Notes under the pieces: generated by a model
The model's input: only the letters and a program-made list of their open reading frames with translations
What the model was told of the DNA's origin: nothing
The model's database searches: none
Translations under genes and position numbers: made by a program
Shown: positions 51,063 to 64,000 of the stretch, one piece after another
How the letters are laid out: each line of letters opens with the position of its first letter
How positions within the stretch are numbered: the stretch's first letter is position 1
From: Octopus bimaculoides
Lineage: Eukaryota
Assembly (NCBI RefSeq): GCF_001194135.2
Contig: NC_068991.1
Location: forward strand, 24,564,209-24,628,208
DNA length: 64,000 bases
Reading direction: 5' to 3'

Positions 51063-52493
51063 ACTGACAACAATCACCATCAAATTAAACGCTAAATAAT
51101 AATAGTTTTTGGAATACAACAACATTTTGTAAACAAACTTTAGAAGCATTGAATGTGTTTTGTATTTAACAGACAAGAAAGTAAATTTCGAATGCAGTAT
51201 AGCCATGAAAACAGCAGAAACATTGGGTATTTTACCATTATAAGACGGAAAACGTTATATACAAGTAGATACCTGTTTTAAAAAGAACTGGGTTTATATG
51301 TCTAAAAGTGTGGCTTAATACTTGGAACATACAAACATTTACATATCAAAATTTTAAAACAGGTATAGTTCATTTATTTACTTCTGAGAAAGGAATTTCT
51401 ATTCAGTTACACTCCTACATTCCAAATTATCGCATGGAATATGTCTTTTAGATATCGTACACGACAGTAATACTGTTGTAACCAATAAAATGAACAATTT
51501 ATCCATAATCTAAATTGTTGAAATATGACAAACATTTTGATATCAAGTTGTCAATAATCATGTTGGTCCAGATGCAACTGACCCAGGAATAATACATGCC
51601 CATACATGTTTTGCTTTTTCTATTTTTGATATTCATTTCCTGCGTATCTTAAATTAAAAGTTTTGTACAGGACTGATAAAAACAAGATTTATATGAATTC
51701 AGGAAATTAAAGTAACTGGTTGCAGTTTTGTGGCTTATGTCTTAACTGTTTGTACCTAGTTTAATCAGTGTCCATGACCTTTGAAGACCCTCTGGTATTG
51801 GTGAGATTGATATGACTCATGCTCAGTTTGATCATCTATAAGTTCATATCTGCAGGATAAAACTTAAGATATGGGCAGAATTTCAGTGGCTTGTTGCTCT
51901 AGAGGGCAAGTGTTGGCAAATAGTGGGGCATGGATGAGGTGACAAGATGAGAAAAAATGGGTACAGGTGTTATGCAACTAGCTAATTCAGGGGATCAGAG
52001 ACTGTTGTGGTGACAATAGAATAGGTAGAAAGATATGAGAGCTTTTTTTGGTAAGAGGCCTGCAACAGATCTACAAGAGGGATTACTTTGAAAATAAATG
52101 GTATCTTTTTTTACTTTTGGTAGGATAGGGTCAGCAACAAGAACAGCAATGAAATTCATGAATGTATTGAGAAAAATTTTTTATCTGTTGTAGTTGTTGG
52201 TGTTATTTTGATACTAGCCCAATTTTGACAAGTAGACCTATGTTCGAAGTCATTTCGGCCATGACTCACCCATCTTTTCCTTTCTTTCTTAGTTGATCTA
52301 GGCAATAATATCTAACGCATCTTCTCATTTTTTACCAATCAAGACAGTAGGGTGAGATTTGAGGGAGATTTATCTACGGTTTCTAACAAATTGTTGATCA
52401 CACTGGTCAATCACATAAATGTTTCTTCCTTGATATGTGCAACAACCATGAGAAAAAGTAGCAAACAAAAGAAAAAAAAATGTATATACTGAC

Positions 52494-52619
52494 CTGTATA
52501 TCCTTCTGGACATAAGCAGACATAACCTCCTTCTTTTGGAATGCATGTTCCATTCTGTTGACAAGGTGTTGAGTAACAGAAATTTACTTCAACATCACAG
52601 AGTAAATCAACTGTCATTC
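52494..52619 (-). CDS. Celsr: Celsr/flamingo coding exon (126 bp, phase 1 to 1): EGF-like repeat
   Basis: Translates (G)MTVDLLCDVEVNFCYSTPCQQNGTCIPKEGGYVCLCPEGYT(G), matching Celsr CDTEVDLCYSxPCxNGGxCxxREGGYTCxC. Acceptor is ttacag and donor is GTCAGT. The frame continues from the previous exon. Confidence 0.96.
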
Positions 52620-53863
52620 CTGTAAAGAAAATGAAATGAAAAGAGATACAGAATATGATTAGACAAACATCATTGTCACCACACTTCTGCCACAGCTGCC
52701 ATTTTAAAGTCCACTTTTTCATGCTTTAATGGACCAGATGGAATTTACTGACACAGACTTTTAGAGTTGGATGCCCTTCCTGCCACCAACCTGTATTTAT
52801 TTCCATGCAAGGTTTAAGTAGAATATTGGAAATGAATGCCACTCATTTACAACAGTCACTCAATGTCAAGACAAGGAGACATAAACATACACACACTCAC
52901 ACACACATACATAATACATATTATATATAATATGAGCTTCTTTCAATTTCCATCTACCAAATATCCATTTACAAGGCTGCAATTGGCCTGAGACAATAGT
53001 AGGAGATACCTCCCTGAGGTGCCATGCAGTGGGACTGAACTCAAATCTCTGACCCTCCTTACAAAACACACAAATGAGACCACATACTTATAATACACAA
53101 ATGAAACAATAATGTAGTCATAGTAAAATTTAAATTATAGCATTTAGTAACTCCCTTACTAAAATTATGTTCTTATAAAAACTATAACATTTAGTAAAAA
53201 CATAGTAAAATGAAGCTTCATTTACTAAAATCAATATGTATACAGGGTTTTTAGTTTTCTCTTAAACACAACAAAGTCTAGAGTCTTTCAGGATTCAGGA
53301 ACCAGGTAGTGGTATGCCTATGTTGAACTTCAATAGGAAAGAGATGGTTTGCTCACTGTTTCTAGAAGTTGGTTTACTGAAACAATGTATGTCAATAATG
53401 TCTGTAAGAGAGGCATCAATGTTGAAAAGTATACCAATTATTAACCTGTTATACTCAAACTTTCAGGCAGCTGATTCTCTTCCTTGATTTTTCTAGGTTA
53501 TATTAAACATAGTTGGTGGACCACACTATGTAAAGCCTTGGCATGAAATAAAAGAGTCACTGAGGGAAAATATTTTCCATGAACACTTCAAGAGTATTCA
53601 CACACACACACACACACACACACCACTCTGCATATCAAAATCCACTCACAAAGCATTGGTCAAAGAGAAGCTATGGCAGAAGACATTTAATTTTCCAAAG
53701 GTGGGATTGAACCTAGAACCATGTGGTTGTGAAATAAGCTTCTCACTCACAAGTCATACCTGCACCATATTTGTTCATATATATCATACCCACTGCAAAA
53801 TATATACATGTATACAATTGTAATTCATTTTATTAAAAAAGAACCAAAAAAACTTTGTTTTAC

Positions 53864-54038
53864 CTGTAAAACCCTTTGGACACCGGCACTGGTATCCATT
53901 GTTAGAGTGAATTGGTCGAAAAAGCATTGAATCAGACTTGATGAACGGTGCAGCACTTCCACTAAGGAGACGTGTCATACACACTTCAAAGTTAATACAT
54001 GGTTCCATCACACACAAGTTGTCATCAAATGACATCAC
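53864..54038 (-). CDS. Celsr: Celsr/flamingo coding exon (175 bp, phase 0 to 1): end of post-cadherin linker and first EGF-like repeat
   Basis: Translates VMSFDDNLCVMEPCINFEVCMTRLLSGSAAPFIKSDSMLFRPIHSNNGYQCRCPKGFT(G). This matches the Celsr/stan pattern xxPFDDNxCxREPCxNxxxC...FIxSxxxLFRPI...CRCPxGFTG, recalled from family knowledge. Acceptor is tttcag and donor is GTAAAA. Confidence 0.96.
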
Positions 54039-55511
54039 CTGAAACGAGGAATACAAACAAATGACTGACTATAATTAAAAATTTTGAAACTGTTATCAAT
54101 ATTTTTAGCGATGAAACCTTTATAATATTTATTCCAAAGGAGGAGGTAAGTTGGAAAAATCATTAGAATATCAAACAAAATATCTTGCAGTGTTTTGTTG
54201 CAGCTCTTTACCATTTTGAGTTAAAATTCAACAAAGTTAAACTTTGACTTATGTCTTTCCAGGCAAGTACTGGAATCATTTTAATCAACACTATCCCGCT
54301 CCCCAAATTTTCCAACTTGTATCAATGTTAGAAATTTTTATTCTACATCTATGCTACTACATATTGATCAATTTGACCACTGCTTGTCATCAGGCATCTT
54401 ATTCCTGGATACATACCTAGTACAAACCAACTGAAATGTAGTGTAGATGTAAATATTAAAAACTTTTTCATCTCAACTGATGAAGGCAATAGTTAGAAAA
54501 ATTAATCATATAGTTAATATAATATGATTAATTAATAGTATTTATAGTAACTCATCTCAGAAGTTTAGACACTTAATGCTCTCTAAACCTTCTAGTAATA
54601 GTGAACATGGTCAATATATTTTCTGTGTGCAACTATTGACAAAAATTGAAGATAAATAAATGGTAGTTACTTATGTTACAACAATGCCTCAAGGGACAGG
54701 GATATATAAGCAAGTACCTTAGCCTGGTACTTATTTTATAGAATTCTCCACAAACACAACAAATAAAAATTATCCCTGGTAACATCTGAAGCTCCAAACA
54801 TCAATTCACTAAACTGAATAAACTGGCTCAATCCTTGTATATTATTAGTACTAATTTTATCAGCTCTAGAGAGATGAAATGGAGAGCTAACAATGATGAG
54901 ATTTAAACTTATAGAAACTGTTGGATGGAATAAGAGATAATATAATGAGTGTAGCCTCTTTGTTAACTGTATGAAAATTATTAAAGGGAACAGTGAATAA
55001 TAGTTTCAAAGAAAGTATCAAAAAATAACACTGATGACGTTAGCAAACAGGAAATTGGTTTTATGTGAATCAGAGATATCATAAGCCTATCATAGCATCA
55101 AATATCACAACTAAGCAAGCTTTCTGTCTACATTAATCCCAGGTATGGTTTCACTCTAAACATGGCTTACATTAAGTCATAGGTTATCTAATGAGTCTGA
55201 CTTCATTGGTAAGACTAAATGCATGATAAATATATGAGTTTCTGGAAAACAAAAGCCGAGTGAGTTGAGCTACATCTCCATATCTTCATAGACATTATGT
55301 GATGACAAGATAGTAGTATTTGTGTCATCAATAAAACCACAACGATCAGTACTTTGGTCAAAATATATTTTATTTAACTCAGCCTATCTATATATGTACA
55401 GCTTTATTTTCAACAACAGCACAATTGGTTCACTTCACTACCAGCAGTACTACTACAAACATCACCAGTACATCATTACAACCATCATCACTTTTGATAA
55501 TTCATTCTACA

Positions 55512-55549
<38 letters not shown>

Positions 55550-55569
55550 ATATATATATATATATATAT

Positions 55570-55738
55570 GCACCATTTTGAGCGTGGCCGTTGCCAGTAC
55601 CGCCTGGCTGGCTCCCGTAGGATTTTCGAGCGAGATCGTTGCCAGTGCCCCTGGACTGACTTGTGCGGGTGGCACATAAAAGACACCATTTTGAGCGTGG
55701 CCGTTTTCGTGCGGGTGACACGTAAAAGCACCCACTAC
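55570..55738 (+). mobile_element. RTE 3'UTR fragment (young, CpG-rich), truncated by the gap
   Basis: Reverse complement of 34588-34729. Confidence 0.85.
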
Positions 55739-56096
55739 NNNNNNNNNNNNNNNNNNNNNNNNNNNNNNNNNNNNNNNNNNNNNNNNNNNNNNNNNNNNNN
55801 NNNNNNNNNNNNNNNNNNNNNNNNNNNNNNNNNNNNNNNNNNNNNNNNNNNNNNNNNNNNNNNNNNNNNNNNNNNNNNNNNNNNNNNNNNNNNNNNNNNN
55901 NNNNNNNNNNNNNNNNNNNNNNNNNNNNNNNNNNNNNNNNNNNNNNNNNNNNNNNNNNNNNNNNNNNNNNNNNNNNNNNNNNNNNNNNNNNNNNNNNNNN
56001 NNNNNNNNNNNNNNNNNNNNNNNNNNNNNNNNNNNNNNNNNNNNNNNNNNNNNNNNNNNNNNNNNNNNNNNNNNNNNNNNNNNNNNNNNNNNNNNN

Positions 56097-56189
<93 letters not shown>

Positions 56190-59100
56190 AATATATATAC
56201 ACACACACACATTCACATACACATACATAAACACACACAATAGTTACATCTCTCTGATGGCTTGGCATGATAAATATAGAATTTTATCATTGAAGTCTCA
56301 TTATAGCATTTTATCAACAGCATCACTACTACAATCAACACCTCAGTCATCTCTCTCTCTCTCTCTTTCTCCCTCTCATTGCTGTCATCACCATCACTAC
56401 CACCATTAACTCCATCCTCATGATCATCAGTGTCATCATAAGCAACAAAGCAAAGAAGTTAACAAAAACATGAACAAATTTTGTAATACAATTTCTATCG
56501 AAATGAGAGTAATTTAGCGATCTATAATTTACTGGGAAATCATGTTTAGAGCTTAATAATCTGCTTTCAATCAATCAAGACTGCTATTGTTAAATGGGAC
56601 AGGGATTTTGAAAAATAACAACAAAATAAAAATAAATATATATATATGACAAAATAAAAGAATGAAAGAAATGGAAAAGAAAATCCTGAAAGAGATGAGA
56701 ATGAAGTTCAGTCTGCAAAGCTGAGTAAAATGGATTTATTTTGAGATAATGTAATTCAATGTAGAAGAATGCCATCAAATCTTGCTGTAATGGAAGCTGA
56801 CATATTTTCTTTGAGAAAGAGTCTTTTATAAAGCTATTTCTCTATGATATAAAGAATAAAGCCCTTTAAACCAGTGGAAAAGATTTATTTTGTTTTAAAC
56901 TAAATACTACTCTTTTTTTCAGAATAATCTTTTTTGAATAACTTTATTGCTGAGGAAGCATCATATCTAAGCATATTAGAGACAATACACTTTGAACAAA
57001 ATACTTATTAAGAACATTATACATTTGGAAGTTTGTATCTTTTATTTAGGACAGCTACAAAAGATAGTTGCAAAAAGAAAATTACAAAGACAGAGGTTGA
57101 GCATGTTTATCACTTCTGCACCTCTGTAGAGTATTAACTGTCTGCTATTTCTAGTAGGTCATGTAATCTTATAAAGAAGCTCCTTTGGTAGGTCATGCAC
57201 AATTTATATAATTCCTCAACTTGCTGATATAACAACTAAAACTGATGCCTTAATACTACAATCATATTTCAGTGCTAAATTCTAAAATAACACACCAAAA
57301 CTCTTAATAAAGAAGAAGTAGAAATACTAGCCATATGAGGCATTTCAACCTGTTGACCATTCAACACCAGAAGGAAATAATCTGTATTCTAAAACCAATG
57401 CATTGCAAATACATACCTTATGCTGTGCACTTTATATGCCAACCCATGAAATACGAAACAACCACCCATAAATGTTACCTTAAAAGTTATAAAGGACCTT
57501 ACATCCAATTTTGACATTTTTCAAAAAAGGATTAATAAGTAATAAGAAACTGGTTTGTCAGTCAGATGCTTTTTTGTATAATTATGTTATAAGAAAAACA
57601 AAAATGAAGATATTTTTGTTTTCTTTCTTTCTTTTTTTAATACAGTATCACAACTGCTCTGGTTATTAAGCAAAGATTCCCCAAGATCTAATATTTCACT
57701 TCAGATATTTTAAAATTGAGATTGAGCAGAAAAGCATAATGGCTACAAACAAACAAATAAATAAATCTGAAACAGATTAAGTAACTGTCTGGTGTTTTAT
57801 TAGTAAGATAGCAATTACAGAACTCTGTTGTATACACACAAATGTCATCTAGTAAGTTATTTGACACAACTCTGAACATTTTAAATACAAGCTTAAAACA
57901 ATCCAAACAACAAAATAATAGAAACTTCTCCAAAAACAACGTTGATTTTGATTTTTACATTTGTTCTAATTCATTTTCCCCATTCTCAAAATACACAAGT
58001 GAAAACATAAATTCAGTAAATAATAGAGTGAACTTTTGGTTAAAAACAAACAAACGGGATGTCAGATCACTGGCACAATAACAAATAAACAAACACTTTA
58101 AACACAGAAACACACACAAACAAACACTTTAAATGCAGAAACACACACAAACACAAAGAGGTAAAGAGCCACTGAGAGAGCTTCTTTGTGTGCACTCAAC
58201 TTGCTAGAAATAAACACCAAATCTTTTTCAAATCACATCTGATCATTTTAAAACAGAATGACTACATCAGATAATGAAATGCCTATTATATAAAAGACAG
58301 CATGATGATGGTTACAATGCCTTTGAAGGCAGTGCTTCAGCATAGCCTCAGCCATAATAGCTAACACAAATTAAAGAACTAAGAAACATGGGTCTTTTCA
58401 ATGAAGGTTGACTTAAGAGCTAAACAAGTGAAAAAAGACAGCCTCTGCTACAGCAAAACTCTAAAGTAAGACAAGAACTGGCATTGCTAATACTAACCCA
58501 TTGTATTGCTTAGCCAAAGCTCTGTTCTGGCTGAGCTGACTTATTATGATCAAAATCACTACATCCATGACCAACCAGTCTTATTTTTTGACACTTTATC
58601 AAAAACTACATTATCTAGTGTCCTGCCTTATTTATGATGGTAAGGTGTAATTTGCAGGACAATTAGCAACTATTTGTAGCAGGTCAAACTACTACAGGTC
58701 TCCCTCTGTGGCTCATGAGCTATCGACTTGACCAAGGCAGTGACCCACATAGGAAGTGAAGAAATACCATTATTAAGATATTGCCACAGTGTTTTTTCTT
58801 TCTTTTTTAATCCCCAATTTTTAAATAACATCAACTTGGGCAAAAGTTTGTTCAGTTCTTATATGAAGGTACAGTTTCACACGTTTTACTTGTGGAATTA
58901 CTTGTGAAATTTTATAGCTTCTTAATAACTATGATTTTAGTCTAGGTCATTTATTTGAAAAACAGTCTCAATGAGATCATATTCTCATCTTCTTTAACAA
59001 ATTCAGACTCAGGCATACCTATGAGGCATGGACATGGTTGTTGAAGTCAAGAAGTTTGCTTTCCAACCACATGGTTTCAGGTTCAGTCCGACTTTATGAC

Positions 59101-60758
59101 ATGTTGTGCAAGTGCCTTCAACTACAGACTCAGGTTGACCAAAGCCCTATCACATGATTTGGTAGACAGAAACTGGATGAAGCCTCACTCTCTCTCTCTC
59201 TCAGCATTGCACAATAGTTGTAAACTAGTGTTACTGTTATACAAATAATGTCATTCATTTCCAATCTTCCATGGAAACATGTCCTATCATAGAGAAAATA
59301 TTACTTTGCTTGGAAACAGGTAAGGGTTGGTGATATGAAGGGCAGTTGCCTATAGAAAATCTACTTCAACAAACTAACATTAGAGCAATGATGATAATTC
59401 ACAGAAGAAACCATTGTCTTGCTTTCAATGTTGTATTTAACCAGATTAAATGCAAAATTACTGGAACTCAAGATAACCAACAAATCATTGAATGGCTACT
59501 TAGAGATTGTATAAGCTGATTAACTCTTTTGTTACAATATTCCTGCTGAAATACATTGTCTTTAGTTTAATTAATAATGAAAATAACGAAAAATTTAATA
59601 AAATAACTTTGACATTATTAAACTGGTGTTTAGAACATGAATTAACATGAAATTTTGGTGGAAGGTTTAATTCAAATCACTTTAAAACAGAAAGTTTGTC
59701 TCATAGAACCAAGGGCCTTTTCAAGATAAGTTGATATCAAAAGGGTTAAACTAGATAAACTCCAGAATCCTGGGAAATTTTACTTCCAGCCCAACAACAA
59801 CACTTCTTTTACCATCTATCTTCATGTTCAGATGAAGAGGAAAACCAAGAAAAAAAAAAAAAAAAAAAAAAAAGACAACAGTTCTTATGACAAACTTGGC
59901 TTGAACATTTTTAATAACTGACTTTACTCGCTGACCCTCACAACGCATATTTTCTCAATCTATTTTAATACTATATTAATCTGTCTTTCTACATCTATTC
60001 ATTGTTATTCTTTTATTTTATATGCAGCTGTACACACATAATTATGAATTTTACATACTTGTAGATATATAAACATGTGTATACAGGCACGTGCGCGCAC
60101 ACACACACGCACACATTCTGCAGCTCTATACATACATAAGCATGAATCTCCATGTTTGTAGATATATGTACACACACACACACATGCACACACACACACA
60201 AACACACACACACACACACAAACACACACAGACACACACACACATCCAGCAAAATACACAAACATGAATACATACATGCATGTATTAGGCTCATGTCCAT
60301 ACATTCATGCATTTACATCTTAATCTAAGTCACTGTTAATCCTACCAATTAGATTTAAAGGGAGGCAAGGAGGCAAAGGTGAGAGGGGGGGCACTTGTCA
60401 ATCAGCAACTTGACCACCTGTCAGATTTCAGGTAGTAGAAGGAGAACAATTAAATCCTCAGCCAACATTGAAGCCACCATATATGTTCTGGAGGACACTT
60501 ATAGTAAAAGTTCAGTAAAGTGTCACACTAAAGTTTTTTCTCAAAACAGTTTTATTGTTCTGGAGCCTTTTCTCTCTTATTATTTATTTTATATTGAAAA
60601 CTTTGTGGTTTGTGAGTTAAAGAAACTTTGTTATGGTGCAATTGGGACATTAAGTTTCAATAAAAGGGATTTGATTAGAGTTAAAAAAAACGAAAGAAGA
60701 AAAAGTGGTAGGTTATATTTTTTTCTTTGTTCTTCATTACTTTATTAAGTACAGAATA

Positions 60759-60795
<37 letters not shown>

Positions 60796-61216
60796 GGAAA
60801 AAATGACATAGAAGGAAGGAAGTACACAGACACACACCATGACAAATAAAACGGAGCCAACATAAAGGGACCAGAGAAGTCACTGTATGTATAACAATCA
60901 CACACATACAAATATACATATTCAAATGGGGTTTTGACCACTACTTGAGCTATGCTCTCTACTATCTTTCAAAAGATCAATAAATATTCAAATTTACATT
61001 TACATTTACATTCCTTTGTGGGTTACCTATCATTTTCATTGGTTAATCAATTGGTCAATCTGACTGTCATTGAACATTCCATTTATAGCCATATACATAT
61101 ATAAATGCTTGAATTCCAAGAACAATCCAATACTTCTTCGTATGGAAAAACTGATCTTGATGTTTAAATATGCTTCAGCAAGTACGAGTACACACTTATG
61201 TATTTACACACACATG

Positions 61217-61249
<33 letters not shown>

Positions 61250-62219
61250 ATGCTTATATGTGTGTGTGTGTCTATATACACAATTGAGAGAGAGAGAGAG
61301 AGAGAGAGAGATGATTGTCAACTCATAGATGAGTAGGAGCACTTTTAAATACAACAGTTTAGTTGTCAGATGGAATTCTTCTTTGATCAGCAAGCAATCT
61401 ATTCCACTTTATGAACAAAAAAATAACCTCTCATCCTTTTTGTCTATTTTTCATGCACAATTCTTTCCTAATCAATTTATCTTTAGATTTCATATCTAAA
61501 TGAATGGCTCTTACAAAATATCTTTGACAGACAATCTAATTCTGTATACTTTGTATATAAGGAATGATTTGAGTAGTTGCTATTTATACTGATAGAGTTA
61601 TTTCTGTAATAGTGGACAGTACACATGTACACTCATGATCTAGTTGGTTTTTTTATGTTTAAATCTTTGGAATCCTTCATAAGCATAAACCATCATCTTC
61701 CAAGCTGCTAAGTTAATATGAATTTGACCTAGTTGCTGGAAACAATAACCATTATACTTTCATATTTCAGGTAGTGAGCAAGGGTGCTTTACAGTACCTT
61801 CTTTATATTTAACTCTTCATAAAGATCTTACTTAGGCCTCAAATTGTATAACATTACCAACTCATTAAGGTTTGTACTTAATGATTCAAAAGTGGGGGAC
61901 ACAAGTCTGCTTAAGTTAAAACAATTCCACGTGATATTATTTATTCTAATAGGTGTTGACCTTTTGTAAATGAGTACCCCCTTTCACCGAATGGTGCAAA
62001 GCAGGGTGCTTTTACAAGCACCCAGTTTTGCATGTTCTGCAAAGAAGGAAGAAGGGAAAAACAGAATATTTTAATTAAAAGAAGCTAATTCTACACAGTG
62101 GTTTATCCATACTTTCTTACAGTATCCAATCCAGTATGTGTCTCTTATTAGATATTTGCATGGATTGGTATTACCTACGTTAATTTTTTATGGGAATTAC
62201 TAAAGAAGGTGAGGAGTTC

Positions 62220-62990
62220 ATCATTATCATCATTTAACATCTGCCTTCCATGCTGGCATGGGTAGGACGGTTTGACAAGAGCCAGCCAGGCAGAAGCCTG
62301 ACCCAGACTTCTATAACTGTTTTGGCAGGGTTTTTACAGGTGGATGCCCTTCCTAACACCAACCACTCAGCAGAGTGGACTTAGTGCTTTTTTATGTGGC
62401 ACAAGCACAGGTAAGGTCAGTTTTGGCAAGGTTTTTACAGCTGGATGCCCTTCCAAACACCAACCACTTTACATTGTGGACCGGGTACTTTTAAGTGGCA
62501 CCTGCACTGTCAGGGTCATCAAGTACTTGCAAGGAAAAAAAAACCTCTTTTGAGAAGGGAGGGGGCATTGGCGGAAGTGATCTTGTGTCAGATGATAAAA
62601 GGTTATAGTGAGGCAGAGAGATAGAAACAGGTGTCTTGCTATAGAGGAGGTACAATGTTACCCGGCCGGAGAGAGAGAGAGAGAGAGATCAGGAATGAAG
62701 AGAGAAACAGATGTGCTGCTGCAAAGGAAATACATGGTTACCCAAACTGAGGGAAGTGCAGCAGAAGGAGAGAGAGAGAAGGAGACAGCAGGATAGAGAT
62801 GGTAGCAAAGTGCCAGGCATACACAATGACCCGGTGAAACAGGTCATGGGTGGAACATGCAGGTTAGAAGCTAGCAGATAGCAATGATACAGTGACACAG
62901 GGCCAAGATGACAGGATTGGGGAGTGGGAGGCAAGCCTAGTGCATGAAGTGGAAATGTGAGGAAGAGAAGAGATGTAGTTTGGTTTGTTG
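62220..62990 (-). mobile_element. RTE-tailed element: RTE-type 3' end (62220-62500) plus a body that is purine-rich on the plus strand; related degenerate copy at about 13020-13560
   Basis: Contains catcatttaacatctgccttccatgctggcatggg. Both loci share caag(t/c)acttg(c/t)aagg followed by a ggg..gggg..ga-rich tract. Confidence 0.55.
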
Positions 62991-64000
62991 TGGTAGAGTG
63001 TGTGAGAAATTTTCTTGTTAAGTGTGGGTGGGATACACAGTGCTTTTAGAATTCAGTTTCGCTGACGTGGGTAGGTCTTCTCAAGAACTTCATATTGCCA
63101 GATATAATGAAATTATATTGCACCTTGGGTGCAGGATCAGTTTTGTTTCCTGCTCAATGTCAACACAATTTCTGATTTATGTTCTCATTCCAACAAAATC
63201 CCCAGTGTCCCATCTCCCTCCATAATGTTGCTCGACATTTGCAACCTCCTTGTGAGCTCACAAAGCCCCCAATGAGATGTTACCATCCAAGTTAAAAACA
63301 ACTGCTTTATATAGTCAACACAAATCCCACAACAGCTTCATATCTTACACCATGCTACATCTGTTATCACATACAAAAACTAGAAGCAAATTTGAATGAT
63401 TCATCACCTGGTTTATGCATCTTAAACAGTACATCACCAGATCAAAGTTGTACTTTTGAAGGGTCTCCTACCACCACCACCACCACTACAAACAAAACAG
63501 ACATCCTTTCAGAAGTCTTTCATAACTCTGTAGATGAAAATTCTTACATTCCTACATCTAAATCTGGAATTTTTCTTAATGTTCCTATTAAAACTAATTC
63601 TTGACTTTATATTATTTTGGCCCTGGTTAGGATATTAGTCTTAAACAGGTACGTGTGAGACAAACAACTAGTAACTCATTTTTAATTACTGTGTAAATAG
63701 TCTTACCCATATTGTTGTTCAGGTATGGAGAGTAAAGAGGAAGAGTGAAGTTAGGGGTTAGCATAAAGGAGCAGTGGCAGGGAACAAAGTAACAATGGCA
63801 ATGGGGTGGATTGAGTTTGGTGAACTTTGTGATGGGGGTGGGCCAGTGTGTCTGCTATAGCAACATAAGTTAGCAAAATTATACACAAACAAACACACAC
63901 ACACACACACATACATACACAAGTAGATAAGTGTACAAAGAAAATGGCTCCCACAATCATTCAGAAGTTCCTAGACACACGGACACATACCTGCCAGTCT

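Noticed and set aside
62004-62023. Small perfect hairpin gggtgctt-ttac-aagcaccc
   Set aside because: An 8-bp stem is expected by chance in 64 kb, and there is no supporting context.
54039-64000. Search for the next upstream Celsr exon (cadherin repeat 9 or linker) on the minus strand
   Set aside because: No reading frame with Celsr-like sequence and splice sites was found, including the ORFs at 57688-57939 and 59751-59948. The exon probably lies beyond 64000, although a short exon or one inside the 55739-56096 gap cannot be excluded.

Overview
AT-rich, microsatellite-dense eukaryotic genomic DNA with four assembly gaps. The repeat families resemble those of Octopus or another coleoid cephalopod (inference). 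The window lies inside one minus-strand gene, the planar-cell-polarity adhesion GPCR Celsr/flamingo/starry night. Five consecutive coding exons (54038-53864, 52619-52494, 42033-41799, 3880-3676, 837-725) splice in frame with canonical GT-AG sites. They encode the end of the post-cadherin region, three EGF repeats and most of the first laminin-G domain; the rest of the gene lies outside the window on both sides. The introns, one of them 37.9 kb, contain decayed mariner, Tigger/pogo, Tc1, Gypsy and RTE elements, several tRNA-derived SINE families (one in head-to-tail arrays), MITEs and long palindromes. The main leads are: (1) three Penelope-type hammerhead-ribozyme motifs, two inside near-perfect palindromes, one of which is a head-to-head tRNA-headed element; (2) two A-for-G substitutions at normally conserved laminin-G residues that A-to-I editing would restore, about 285 nt from a 48-bp intronic hairpin; (3) a speculative antisense exon ending in ...PVVW-GKRK-stop, the signature of an amidated peptide.
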